DNA of 64,000 bases, taken from the IMG/VR virus record IMGVR_UViG_3300009285_003221; one strand, written 5' to 3'. Source of the stretch: a virus. The notes below the pieces were generated by a model, which was not told the DNA's origin, did no database searches, and saw only the letters and a list, made by a program, of their open reading frames with translations. Below, piece after piece: positions 52,544-60,664 of the stretch. The stretch's first letter is position 1. Every line of letters begins with the position of its first letter. A program made the position numbers and the translations under genes.

Positions 52544-52843
52544 TTAGATTCTATGTCTCTTACCCTTGCGCAAAAGACCTAACTCCATGAGAAGTGACCC
52601 AGTTCCTAATGAGTTCTGAGGAAGACCCTCCCCCCTCAATTTCTGAAGATCGTCTATGAGTTCAGATTTTGAGAAGAGGAGTTCAGGAGTAATTAGATTT
52701 TCTATCCCCTCCAACTCTAAGATGAGATTTATAATAGTATTAGGGAGAAGATTATGGTCTTTGTGGGCCACGCCTATAATCCTAATCTTCTGCTTGCTCT
52801 GTTCAGTTAATTTCAATCCTTGAGTATCGTAAAATATGGTCAT
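52544..52843 (-). CDS. hypothetical protein (99 aa), co-transcribed with the RHH regulator
   Basis: AGGAG SD. The 19-bp palindrome lies between it and the upstream gene. Confidence 0.55.
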   Translation of the reverse strand: MTIFYDTQGLKLTEQSKQKIRIIGVAHKDHNLLPNTIINLILELEGIENLITPELLFSKSELIDDLQKLRGEGLPQNSLGTGSLLMELGLLRKGKRHRI

Positions 52844-52860
52844 AACTAGCTCCTAGCTCT

Positions 52861-52879
52861 GTGTTTCAAATTGAAACAC
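52861..52879. promoter_or_regulatory. 19-bp palindrome GTGTTTCAA-A-TTGAAACAC (operator/RNA hairpin), copy 1
   Basis: Intercistronic between the RHH gene and the 99-aa gene. Copy 2 is at 53123-53141. Confidence 0.6.
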
Positions 52880-52884
52880 AAGGT

Positions 52885-53088
52885 CTAATCCCAGAAAGGA
52901 TCGTGTGTGTTATCGCTTTGATCCTGCGTCAATCTCGTTACCTGTTGTTCCACAACCTGGATATCATCAGATTCCAGAATGCGGTTAATGACGGCGTTAG
53001 ACGAGGTTCCCCATCTTCCTGACAACCTCTCTAGCATATAGAGGGCCTTGTCAGAGAAGCGGACGCTCTTGATGTTTGGTCTTGTCAT
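52885..53088 (-). CDS. ribbon-helix-helix (Arc/MetJ/CopG-type) DNA-binding protein
   Basis: 67 aa. KSVRFSDKALYMLERLSGRWGTSSNAVINRIL fits the beta-strand, helix, helix pattern. AGGAGG SD. Confidence 0.65.
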   Translation of the reverse strand: MTRPNIKSVRFSDKALYMLERLSGRWGTSSNAVINRILESDDIQVVEQQVTRLTQDQSDNTHDPFWD

Positions 53089-53108
53089 GTCTTATACCTC
53101 CTAATAAG

Positions 53109-53141
53109 AGTATAGCATGGCTGTGTTTCAAGTTGAAACAC
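53109..53141 (-). promoter_or_regulatory. RHH-gene promoter (extended -10 TGCTATACT) overlapped by 19-bp palindrome copy 2
   Basis: Minus strand reads GTGTTTCAACTTGAAACACAGCCATGCTATACTCTTATTAGGAGGTATAAGACATG. Confidence 0.5.
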
Positions 53142-53328
53142 GAAGCTAAAACATAGAGAGGACGCCGTTCTTTCTTTTTAGGAACTGATGTGAGTAAGTT
53201 AAAGCTCCTCGTAAGGAACCTTAGCTTGTCAAAATCCCAAGGAATCTATATGATTCCGGCCCACTATGTCGGCTTGTAATTAGGGATAATTGGCATGATG
53301 GTTTTGAAGAGGAGAAACGGCGAAACAC

Positions 53329-53350
53329 CTGTAGACTTGCGGGTCTACAG
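53329..53350 (-). terminator. hairpin downstream of the 93-aa minus-strand gene
   Basis: CTGTAGAC-ttgcgg-GTCTACAG. The minus strand is T-rich afterwards (GTGTTTCGCCGTTTCTCC). Confidence 0.35.
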
Positions 53351-53478
53351 TATTTAGAAGATCAGAAATCTCTATTTGAGACGGCTTCGTGTTTCTAATT
53401 CTCAAGGCCAAACTTGAATGTGGTAAAGAATTGGATTGTCTGAAGGTGAGACAGGAAACTCAATAGAGACGCCAGATA

Positions 53479-53760
53479 TTAGAAAGAAAAGGATAATCTA
53501 TCTCTAGTAAGATATCCTGTGAACGAGCAGGAATAAGAATATCTTACAGGAACTAGGTTATCCTTATCTATCTCTAGAATAAGAGAGTATTCATGCGGGT
53601 TAGATATCTGTATGAATACTCTCTTTTCCTTTTCATTAGGTATCTTATGGAAAGGAGTGAGGAACTTCCTAATTAGATCGTCTTTGTACTTTTTAATTAG
53701 GTTTGAGCATGACCAAATTAGCATAGACCGGATCATGCTGGATCGGTTCATAGCCTCCAT
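53479..53760 (-). CDS. hypothetical protein (up to 93 aa; start uncertain)
   Basis: The central part KKYKDDLIRKFLTPFHKIPNEKEKRVFIQISNPHEYSLILEIDKDN looks protein-like. Its 5' end overlaps the plus-strand 53735 ORF. Confidence 0.4.
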   Translation of the reverse strand: MEAMNRSSMIRSMLIWSCSNLIKKYKDDLIRKFLTPFHKIPNEKEKRVFIQISNPHEYSLILEIDKDNLVPVRYSYSCSFTGYLTRDRLSFSF

Positions 53761-53884
53761 ACAGTTTCCTAGTGGAGATTGTATAGAGGTTATAGCCTAT
53801 GTGAATAGGTTTAACCTTGTAATAGAGGATAGAACTGTAGAAAATCGGGAGTATGGGTTCTGCCCATTCTGTCGGATTAAGTAA
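53735..53884 (+). CDS. hypothetical protein (49 aa; truncated version of track ORF 53612..53884)
   Basis: MLDRFIASIQFPSGDCIEVIAYVNRFNLVIEDRTVENREYGFCPFCRIK. The upstream part of the track ORF is antisense to the 93-aa gene. No clear SD. Confidence 0.35.
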   Translation: MLDRFIASIQFPSGDCIEVIAYVNRFNLVIEDRTVENREYGFCPFCRIK

Positions 53885-53899
53885 AAGGAGGGTTAAATT

Positions 53900-54118
53900 T
53901 TGAGAATCGGCACCAGTCACTTTGTTTCGTTGGCAACAGCCGTGAACTACTACAGGGGGTACTACTGTGCGCGTAAGGATTTCATCCAGCTCCATGTGAG
54001 GCACAAAATTGAGCTGGGTGAAATCCATATTGGTCCTCCCCCTGTTAAAGAAGGAGAGACCCTCTCTGTGAATGAAGAGGGGAGATATGTACTTGAATAT
54101 AAGGAGGTGAAATCATGA
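53900..54118 (+). CDS. hypothetical protein (72 aa)
   Basis: TTG start after AAGGAGGG. Confidence 0.55.
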   Translation: MRIGTSHFVSLATAVNYYRGYYCARKDFIQLHVRHKIELGEIHIGPPPVKEGETLSVNEEGRYVLEYKEVKS

Positions 54119-54315
54119 GTACCTATATCCTCTATACTATCGTTGCTGGGGAGATGACAGAGTTCTCTCCCCCGTTGCATTTTCATTCAATTGCCAAAGC
54201 AGAGTCTGCTCGACAACTGGAGGAACGCTTCCAGAGGACATACCTCTGCTCCCAAGAAGATTGGGATAAACTGAAGAAGTATGAAGACGAAAGGAAGGCA
54301 AAGTATGGAAACTAA
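54115..54315 (+). CDS. hypothetical protein (66 aa)
   Basis: AAGGAGG SD, ATGA overlap. Confidence 0.6.
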   Translation: MSTYILYTIVAGEMTEFSPPLHFHSIAKAESARQLEERFQRTYLCSQEDWDKLKKYEDERKAKYGN

Positions 54316-54493
54316 CGAGTACAAACGGGCGGAATTTAACCTAATAGGTTATAAATTTATTCCTTATTTGGAGGAGATGTACTCTAGAGAGTACAACTCT
54401 CAAAACCACGCTTGGGCCTTCCAAAAGGCTCTCTTAGAGGGGCGGATAAAAGACGCCGAGGCGATTGATAAGGAGGTTCGATATTATGTCTAA
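54305..54493 (+). CDS. hypothetical protein (62 aa)
   Basis: ATG after AGGAAGG. The track start 54281 is probably too early. Confidence 0.5.
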   Translation: METNEYKRAEFNLIGYKFIPYLEEMYSREYNSQNHAWAFQKALLEGRIKDAEAIDKEVRYYV

Positions 54494-54830
54494 CCGTTAC
54501 TTCACCCGATACGATAACCTTGTAAAAGAGGAGGGGTTCTCCCAACAAGAGGCACTTGACGCTATCAACCGAAATATCTACCAAGATGGAGCCCATATCT
54601 GGAATGGAGCCTGTAACCCAGTGGCGGTTGCCAATTCCTTGGCTGAGGCCACTCACTTCATTTCCCATTATCTGGGAGGACACCCCGCCGTCAAGGAACA
54701 CCCGGCCATCCGCCTCATGGTCTATCAGCTTTCCTTTGTTATCTTCGGAACGGAGTACCGGCAAGAGGATCTGGTCACTCAAGCCTCGGAACAGGTCGAA
54801 GAGTTCTTAAAAGAGAGGACGAAGGTATGA
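54486..54830 (+). CDS. hypothetical protein (114 aa)
   Basis: ATG 9 nt after AAGGAGG. Confidence 0.6.
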   Translation: MSNRYFTRYDNLVKEEGFSQQEALDAINRNIYQDGAHIWNGACNPVAVANSLAEATHFISHYLGGHPAVKEHPAIRLMVYQLSFVIFGTEYRQEDLVTQASEQVEEFLKERTKV

Positions 54831-55291
54831 GTGAGATAGCCCAAGTTCAGGCTGAATGGATCGGTTGGGATACCTACGAGATTATCAAATCTCAAATTGA
54901 ATTTCTCAAGGAGGAAGGAGATGAGGACTTCCTCGCTATGAGTGAGGCTGAACAATTTAACTATGTGGCAGGAGACCAAGACCTCTTTCAGTGGCAATGG
55001 GAAGATCTGCTGGGGGAGTTAGATGATTGGGTTGAAGAGCTGAACCCCAATCATTGGTATACCGCCAAGGTCTTTGGTTTTGGTTGGCGGAAACTAGATG
55101 GAACGAAAGACTTCTATGCCAAAAATGCTAAGGAGTTCTTACGGGAAGTCCTGCCCGATTGTGAGTGTACCTTCAAGAGCTACCGGGAGCCTGGACTCTT
55201 GCGGATTCAGAATAGCCATCATGATGCCCCAGCCAGAGAAAGGTATGAAATCACTGCTCTTCAGGAGGAATACGATGAAACTGAAAATTGA
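54827..55291 (+). CDS. hypothetical acidic protein (154 aa)
   Basis: ATGA overlap. Confidence 0.6.
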   Translation: MSEIAQVQAEWIGWDTYEIIKSQIEFLKEEGDEDFLAMSEAEQFNYVAGDQDLFQWQWEDLLGELDDWVEELNPNHWYTAKVFGFGWRKLDGTKDFYAKNAKEFLREVLPDCECTFKSYREPGLLRIQNSHHDAPARERYEITALQEEYDETEN

Positions 55292-55472
55292 AATCAAGCT
55301 AGATAACGCCGCTTTTGAGGACGACCCAAATGAGATTAGCAGAATTTTACATGACATCGCAACACTGAAAAAACTGGCCTACGGTTACCCGCAACCCCGT
55401 GAACGCGAAAATGTTTACGATTTCAACGGGAACAACATAGGATACTGGGAGATTACAGATGAGGAGAGTTAA
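55275..55472 (+). CDS. hypothetical protein (65 aa)
   Basis: ATG after GGAGG. The track start 55098 lies inside the previous gene. Confidence 0.55.
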   Translation: MKLKIEIKLDNAAFEDDPNEISRILHDIATLKKLAYGYPQPRERENVYDFNGNNIGYWEITDEES

Positions 55473-55632
55473 CGTCAAAGACCTTCGGGTAGGGGACCAT
55501 CTGATCAACAACGGGAAGATTACACACTTAGATATCTCCCCAACTTACGTCCGCGTCTTTACGGCAGAGATGGGCGACCTAGCGTTTCAATTCTGGCCGC
55601 AAGAGTTTATCCAAATAGAGGAGGTAACATGA
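55459..55632 (+). CDS. hypothetical protein (57 aa), not in ORF track
   Basis: MRRVNVKDLRVGDHLINNGKITHLDISPTYVRVF... The stop overlaps the next ATG (ATGA). Confidence 0.45.
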   Translation: MRRVNVKDLRVGDHLINNGKITHLDISPTYVRVFTAEMGDLAFQFWPQEFIQIEEVT

Positions 55633-55976
55633 CTGAATTATCAACCAAGCGTATCAGAATCGCCTATGAGATTATTACCCCTGAATCGGCGGAACAAGGA
55701 GATGCGGAGGAACGGGGGTGGATAGATGAGGAGGGGATTGCTGTTAGCCCTGATGAGTGGGACGAAGAAATCACTGCCGCTGCCAAAACTGTCATGTTTT
55801 TGAAGAACGAGGGAGTATCAGAGCCTTCCTCCTCCGCCTTCCATCCAGGGGTCTGGTATACCGCCTATGGGGAACAAAACTGGAGGGACGGGAGTTACAA
55901 AAATCAGAGCTATCATCTGGTTAGGTTTACTCCCGAAGAGGAAGAGGAAGTTTATAAGAGGATTACAGAAAAATGA
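55629..55976 (+). CDS. hypothetical acidic protein (115 aa)
   Basis: AGAGGAGG SD. Confidence 0.6.
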   Translation: MTELSTKRIRIAYEIITPESAEQGDAEERGWIDEEGIAVSPDEWDEEITAAAKTVMFLKNEGVSEPSSSAFHPGVWYTAYGEQNWRDGSYKNQSYHLVRFTPEEEEEVYKRITEK

Positions 55977-56224
55977 ACCAAGAAGACCTAAAAGAGGTCA
56001 GAACATACCTGACCGAAGATATCCAGCACGATCTAGCCGGTTACTATGCTGATAAAGAAAAGGGGCCTCACCTCTATCACGCTGACCTCGTAGAAATCTT
56101 TGAGACTGTCTTGCAAGAACGAGATGAACTTCTGCCGGTGAATTGCCGGTGGGAGTACAATATCTATGCGCGGGGGAAACAGAAGCTACTTTATGAGCTA
56201 GCTGGAAAGGAGTGTTGGGGATGA
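55973..56224 (+). CDS. hypothetical protein (83 aa)
   Basis: ATGA overlap. Confidence 0.55.
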   Translation: MNQEDLKEVRTYLTEDIQHDLAGYYADKEKGPHLYHADLVEIFETVLQERDELLPVNCRWEYNIYARGKQKLLYELAGKECWG

Positions 56225-56715
56225 GTAGGCCAATTATCAAACACAGTGAGGACTATCTAGGCTCTGGGAGTGTCCCCGGACGTAAAGAGAGTTGGCCTAC
56301 ATTGAAAAGACGAAACATCTATAAAGTTCTCTCGTTGGGGAACGTGTTCCAAAGCCACTTCTTTGTCGATAATCTCCTTATAGAAATGGAGACGTACCGA
56401 GATGAAATACCTCCTGTGTTCAAACGAGACGGTTCTTACTACGACCGCTACTCCGGTGTTGCTTGGTTGGAATGGCAAGGGAGAGCTTGGTTGGAGAAGA
56501 GAAAGGACGACTTCCTCTACTCCCTACAAATAGAGGATCACCGACCCCTCATGCCTAGAGAGATTGAGGCGATTAAAACACTCCTTCGCACCAATAGATG
56601 CCCTAAAAATCTCCTCAAGTTGTACCAAACTGACTGTAGATGGAAGGAACTGAGAAACGTCAGAAGGAACACCAGATTGTTTATGATGAAGAATTTAAAG
56701 GAGTTAGGAACATGA
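56221..56715 (+). CDS. hypothetical protein (164 aa)
   Basis: ATGA overlap, AAGGAG SD. Confidence 0.6.
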   Translation: MSRPIIKHSEDYLGSGSVPGRKESWPTLKRRNIYKVLSLGNVFQSHFFVDNLLIEMETYRDEIPPVFKRDGSYYDRYSGVAWLEWQGRAWLEKRKDDFLYSLQIEDHRPLMPREIEAIKTLLRTNRCPKNLLKLYQTDCRWKELRNVRRNTRLFMMKNLKELGT

Positions 56716-57044
56716 CCAAAATAGCAGAGCTGGATTTGACACGGGGCTTGATCTATGACGAGGAGGGAGGAGAACGATTAGCTAAGGCTTTCGCCTTCTC
56801 GATTGAGAAAGGAATCCTCCCCCAACTCTTACGTATTATCAACCACTACAGTAAGGAGGAGGGGGATGGTTGCTACTTGAGGACGAGAATCCGCCCTTAC
56901 GACCGCTCACCCTATGACATGGTGTTCTTCTATGAGCAACTCCGGTTCGATCAGGTTGAAAAAGGCTGGGTGGAGATCTTTAACGGGGGTTGGAATTTAC
57001 ATGGGATAGATGGGGATAACCCCCAATGGAGCAGTAACACATAA
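56712..57044 (+). CDS. hypothetical protein (110 aa)
   Basis: ATGA overlap, AAAGGAG SD. Confidence 0.6.
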   Translation: MTKIAELDLTRGLIYDEEGGERLAKAFAFSIEKGILPQLLRIINHYSKEEGDGCYLRTRIRPYDRSPYDMVFFYEQLRFDQVEKGWVEIFNGGWNLHGIDGDNPQWSSNT

Positions 57045-57058
57045 GGAAGGAGAGTTGA

Positions 57059-57385
57059 GTGACAGTCAAGAATAAAGGTGCCTTACTGGATTGGAAGAAG
57101 ATCCGGGAACGGTTAGATTTTGAACCTGTCCAAGAAGATGAGTTCGGGAATAAGGTAAAGTGTTTATTCATCGGAACGGTGATGAACCTGACGCCCAGTG
57201 GGAAATACTACGCTCTCTTTACCTCCAATCAAACTGAGAAGGATGTAAGGGAGGATCAGAAATGGTGGGAGAAACAAGAGAGGCAGGCTAGTCGGTACGG
57301 ACTCTCAATTGATACCAATCCGGGATGTCCGACTGATGTTCTAGCGGTATTGCGTTTGAATGTAGAGGAGGAAGATGATGACTGA
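57059..57385 (+). CDS. hypothetical protein (108 aa)
   Basis: GTG after AAGGAAGGAG. Confidence 0.55.
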   Translation: MTVKNKGALLDWKKIRERLDFEPVQEDEFGNKVKCLFIGTVMNLTPSGKYYALFTSNQTEKDVREDQKWWEKQERQASRYGLSIDTNPGCPTDVLAVLRLNVEEEDDD

Positions 57386-57716
57386 TTGGTTTTTAATCAT
57401 ATCCATCGGAGAAGGAGGTAGTATCCGACACGTCGAACTTTTCGATTCTTTGAGCGAAGCCCAGACTGCCTCTAAGAAACACCACGCTCAAATATTTGGC
57501 TTCGATTACCGTGGGGTAGGAAAGCCGGTCAGATTGTCTCATCAGTTTCGAGAACCTTGCCCTGGTTGTGGGATTCCGGTAGAGCTGGAGGATTATAGCC
57601 CCGTTGCTGACTGTGACAAGTACGACGCTACGCTCTGCGACACCTGCTACGATCGGAAGAGTCGAGGATTCAATTGGATGACCAAGGAGAAAGATGATGA
57701 GAAACCTACTGCCTGA
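57375..57716 (+). CDS. hypothetical protein with zinc-ribbon-like CxxC...CxxC (113 aa)
   Basis: CPGCG...CDTCYD. GAGGAGG SD. Confidence 0.55.
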   Translation: MMTDWFLIISIGEGGSIRHVELFDSLSEAQTASKKHHAQIFGFDYRGVGKPVRLSHQFREPCPGCGIPVELEDYSPVADCDKYDATLCDTCYDRKSRGFNWMTKEKDDEKPTA

Positions 57717-57951
57717 GCTGTTTAGTTTCAATCTATATAAGTTCTCCGACGAGGTTCGTCTTTTAGATCAGTTAGGTTTAGAACAATTCAAAGTCAAAGA
57801 CGACCCGTTCTTACACTCCGTTACCTACAGAATCCCGGAGACGGCCATGAAGAAATTGATGGTTCATTTGCGATCTTCCCGCCTCAAATGGAAACAGGAA
57901 TTTCTTAGAGGTATTGAAGAAAGGCTTGGGGGAGAAGAAGAGGATGAGTAA
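57694..57951 (+). CDS. hypothetical protein (85 aa)
   Basis: Co-directional ORF with a 23-nt overlap. Confidence 0.5.
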   Translation: MMRNLLPELFSFNLYKFSDEVRLLDQLGLEQFKVKDDPFLHSVTYRIPETAMKKLMVHLRSSRLKWKQEFLRGIEERLGGEEEDE

Positions 57952-58264
57952 ACACACTTCTGAATCTATCTCTTATCTCTATGGAGATGAGTTGGATGAG
58001 GCTGTTAAGGAACTGGCTCCGGCTGAGGGCTATACGATGAAACCCAACCGATCCGACTGGGAGCTATTAGCTTACTGTGTCAACGAGGGAATAGATTCTC
58101 ATTTGGAAGGCTTTACCAAAAGTAGCTTTGATAATCCTACTGGAGAAGTCCTGATTCACCCAGAAGAGTTACATATCTTAGTCAGGAGACTGAGTGAACT
58201 ATCAGAAGGGGCTGGGAACTTTAAGGATTGTATCTTGGAGACATTAGTTAAGGAGGAAGAATGA
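57944..58264 (+). CDS. hypothetical protein (106 aa)
   Basis: ATG 8 nt before the upstream stop. The track start 57914 is probably too early. Confidence 0.55.
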   Translation: MSKHTSESISYLYGDELDEAVKELAPAEGYTMKPNRSDWELLAYCVNEGIDSHLEGFTKSSFDNPTGEVLIHPEELHILVRRLSELSEGAGNFKDCILETLVKEEE

Positions 58265-58839
58265 GCACAGAAATTCAAACAATCCCACAAAACCTATTAG
58301 ACTTGGCTGACGCCCTGGAGATGAACTTACGAGGTAGTCACAACCCCGGTAACTATGTCCTCTATGACAAAGAAGGGTTTAAGCTCTTTTTTACTACCAG
58401 TTATAACAAGAGAGAACACTGGCAAGTCTCAGTACTCTGGCAGGACGAAAATGGCGAATACATCTATCACAACTGCACAGGACTGGTAGCCGAGACCTAC
58501 ATCTTGAAAACTAAGGCGGCGGCACAGATGGCGAGCCAGATCAAGCGGACTCTCTTCCCTATGCGAACTTTCTTCTTGGAGCAGCTAGAATCCCATAGAA
58601 AAGAAAAGAAGAGAAAGGAGGGGGCACAACAGATCACGCAGACCCTGGCACGTCTCTACGGGGGCTCTGTTTCCAAGTACGGGGAGGGAGATAAGTTTCA
58701 CGGAATGGCAGGAGAAATCCGCTACGAGGTTCAGATATCGGGAGATGGGGCTTACAAAGTTGAGTTAAGATATCTCCCCATTCCTTTGTTACGGCAGGTT
58801 TTGGATCTTGTAAAGGAGGAAAGTCATGTCAAAATTTAA
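58261..58839 (+). CDS. hypothetical protein (192 aa)
   Basis: AAGGAGG SD, ATGA overlap. Confidence 0.6.
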   Translation: MSTEIQTIPQNLLDLADALEMNLRGSHNPGNYVLYDKEGFKLFFTTSYNKREHWQVSVLWQDENGEYIYHNCTGLVAETYILKTKAAAQMASQIKRTLFPMRTFFLEQLESHRKEKKRKEGAQQITQTLARLYGGSVSKYGEGDKFHGMAGEIRYEVQISGDGAYKVELRYLPIPLLRQVLDLVKEESHVKI

Positions 58840-59143
58840 TGAATTTATTCAGGGTAAGGAGAAGGAGTACGGGGAAAGATTTGATCCCTCAGAGCTGGCT
58901 CCTCAGTTTATCCCTTTCTTTGATAGCGGAAAGAAGATCCGCGTCATGTTTAGGGGAGGGGAGGAGTTAACTGGCACGGTAGGCGTCTCTACCGGGTGGA
59001 GACCCGTCTTTCTTCTCATGCGGAGAACCAATAGTATCGGGTCTCTTCATGTCTTGAAGAGAGATACCATTATCACAGGGGTTTTGAGCGGCGGGAAAAA
59101 CTACAGTGATTATTTAGGATTGAAAGGAGAGCTAGCGAGATGA
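58826..59143 (+). CDS. hypothetical protein (105 aa)
   Basis: AAGGAGG SD. Confidence 0.6.
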   Translation: MSKFNEFIQGKEKEYGERFDPSELAPQFIPFFDSGKKIRVMFRGGEELTGTVGVSTGWRPVFLLMRRTNSIGSLHVLKRDTIITGVLSGGKNYSDYLGLKGELAR

Positions 59144-59379
59144 AGATTATTTTTGTCAAGACGGGGGAACACCGGATTCCCAAGTGCGGGGAATGGATTT
59201 TCAATTCAGGAACAGCTAACCTTATTTGTAAAGACAACCAAACTGATCGTCATCACGACATTGTTATGATCCTAAAAGTTGATGACGACTCCCCAATCTT
59301 GGCGGGGAGCCTGACTGAAATCCTGAGTAAAGATGCGGATCTTGTACAAAATCTGGAATATTCTCTCATTTTAAACTAA
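59140..59379 (+). CDS. hypothetical protein (79 aa)
   Basis: ATGA overlap. Confidence 0.55.
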   Translation: MKIIFVKTGEHRIPKCGEWIFNSGTANLICKDNQTDRHHDIVMILKVDDDSPILAGSLTEILSKDADLVQNLEYSLILN

Positions 59380-59394
59380 GAAAGGAGGATTAAA

Positions 59395-59613
59395 ATGACA
59401 CTTTGGAAAATAACCACACTTGAAGAAGGTGATTACGACGAGTACGATTCCTTTGTCGTTCGGGCTCCCAATGAGACCGAAGCGCGAGAACTTGCGGCGG
59501 TCGTCGGCTCACAAAATTATGATAGGTGGAGAGATCCAACTAGGTCAAGCTGCGTCGAACTAGACCAAAATGGACGGGCTGAAGTAATTATCGGTAGCTT
59601 CAATGCAGGCTAA
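59395..59613 (+). CDS. hypothetical protein (72 aa)
   Basis: AAAGGAGG SD. Confidence 0.6.
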   Translation: MTLWKITTLEEGDYDEYDSFVVRAPNETEARELAAVVGSQNYDRWRDPTRSSCVELDQNGRAEVIIGSFNAG

Positions 59614-59624
59614 AGAGGCTAAAT

Positions 59625-59879
59625 ATGGAACATGACCTAATAACCAAGGATACCCACGCGAAATATAACTTAAAGTTACTTGGGGAGGCGAACAGTCTAT
59701 ACTATGTTGGGGCTTGGTGGCGGGAGAAGGACACCAGAGGAAATAAAGAGGAGAGCTTAAAATATTTGAAACTCTATTATCCTTACCAGACGGAGGAGGT
59801 CTTATTGAGGGCATTAGAAACCGTCATCGCTCATCCGCCTGACTGGTTTCGTCAACCCAATACTAAAGAAAGGAAGTAA
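59625..59879 (+). CDS. hypothetical protein (84 aa)
   Basis: Co-directional ORF, AGAGG upstream. Confidence 0.55.
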   Translation: MEHDLITKDTHAKYNLKLLGEANSLYYVGAWWREKDTRGNKEESLKYLKLYYPYQTEEVLLRALETVIAHPPDWFRQPNTKERK

Positions 59880-59887
59880 AGATTAAA

Positions 59888-60661
59888 ATGTACTTTAAAC
59901 TATTAGGCAGGGATGGAAAGTCCTGTAATGGAGGGAACTTTCAATACGATCTTCCCAAACGGAGGAAGGACGGAACCTGGAAACCGGGGGAGTGGACGCC
60001 AAAAATAGAAGTGATAGAACCATGTAAATCTGGTTGGCATGGCTGTGAATTGAAAGACGCCCTGACATGGGCAAACCACTCCATGTATCTCTTGGAGTAC
60101 AAAGGAGAACTTATAGATCACGGAGATAAGTTTGTCTTTCAGCAGATCCGCCTGATCCGCTCTGTAGAAGAATGGAACCCTAAGAACCTGAGACTCTTCG
60201 CCGCCGATTGCGCTGAACGGGTTATTGCGATCTATGAAAAAGAATACCCTGAAGATCAACGGCCCCGCTTAGCGATTCAAGCAGCCCAGAAGTTCGCCCA
60301 TGGTGAAATTACCCAAGAAGAATTGAACGCTGCTGGGGATGCTGCTTGGGATGCTGCTTGGGATGCTGCTGGGGATGCTGCTGGGGATGCTGCTGGGGCT
60401 GCTGCTAGGACTGCTGCTTGGGATGCTGCTTGGGATGCTGCTGGGGATGCTGCTGGGGATGCTGCTTGGGATGCTGCTGGGGCTGCTGCTAGGACTGCTG
60501 CTGGGGCTGCTGCTTGGGATGCTGCTGGGGCTGCTGCTAGGACTGCTGCTGGGGCTGCTGCTTGGGATGCTGCTTGGGATGCTGCTGGGGATGCTGCTGG
60601 GGCTGCTGAGCAAGAATGGCAAATCTCCCGCCTCAAGTTTTATTTAAAGTTGAAGGATTAG
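59888..60661 (+). CDS. protein with globular N-terminal domains and 23 consecutive AAxx tetrapeptide repeats
   Basis: 257 aa. aa 148-240 read AAGD AAWD AAWD AAGD AAGD AAGA AART ... The preceding segment FAADCAERVIAIYEKEYPEDQRPRLAIQAAQKFAHGEITQEEL resembles helical immunity-type (Imm5-like) proteins I recall carrying similar Ala-rich tails. Confidence 0.65.
   Translation: MYFKLLGRDGKSCNGGNFQYDLPKRRKDGTWKPGEWTPKIEVIEPCKSGWHGCELKDALTWANHSMYLLEYKGELIDHGDKFVFQQIRLIRSVEEWNPKNLRLFAADCAERVIAIYEKEYPEDQRPRLAIQAAQKFAHGEITQEELNAAGDAAWDAAWDAAGDAAGDAAGAAARTAAWDAAWDAAGDAAGDAAWDAAGAAARTAAGAAAWDAAGAAARTAAGAAAWDAAWDAAGDAAGAAEQEWQISRLKFYLKLKD
60329..60607 (+). repeat. 12-nt periodic coding tandem repeat (gctgctKRgRMt units)
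   Basis: Units such as gatgctgcttgg / gatgctgctggg / gctgctgctagg / actgctgctggg. All six frames are nearly open here, which produces spurious ORFs. Confidence 0.9.
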
Positions 60662-60664
60662 AGA

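Noticed and set aside
52544-53760. Lysogeny module (repressor/integrase) interpretation of the minus-strand cassette
   Set aside because: No integrase, recombinase or CI-like HTH repressor is present in the window. Only an RHH protein and unknown small proteins are present, so temperate lifestyle cannot be inferred.
60269-60647. Three ORFs (two minus, one plus) encoding SSP/AAS/LLGM repeats
   Set aside because: They are frame artefacts of the 12-nt periodic AAxx repeat. The 59888..60661 frame has globular flanking domains and an SD.
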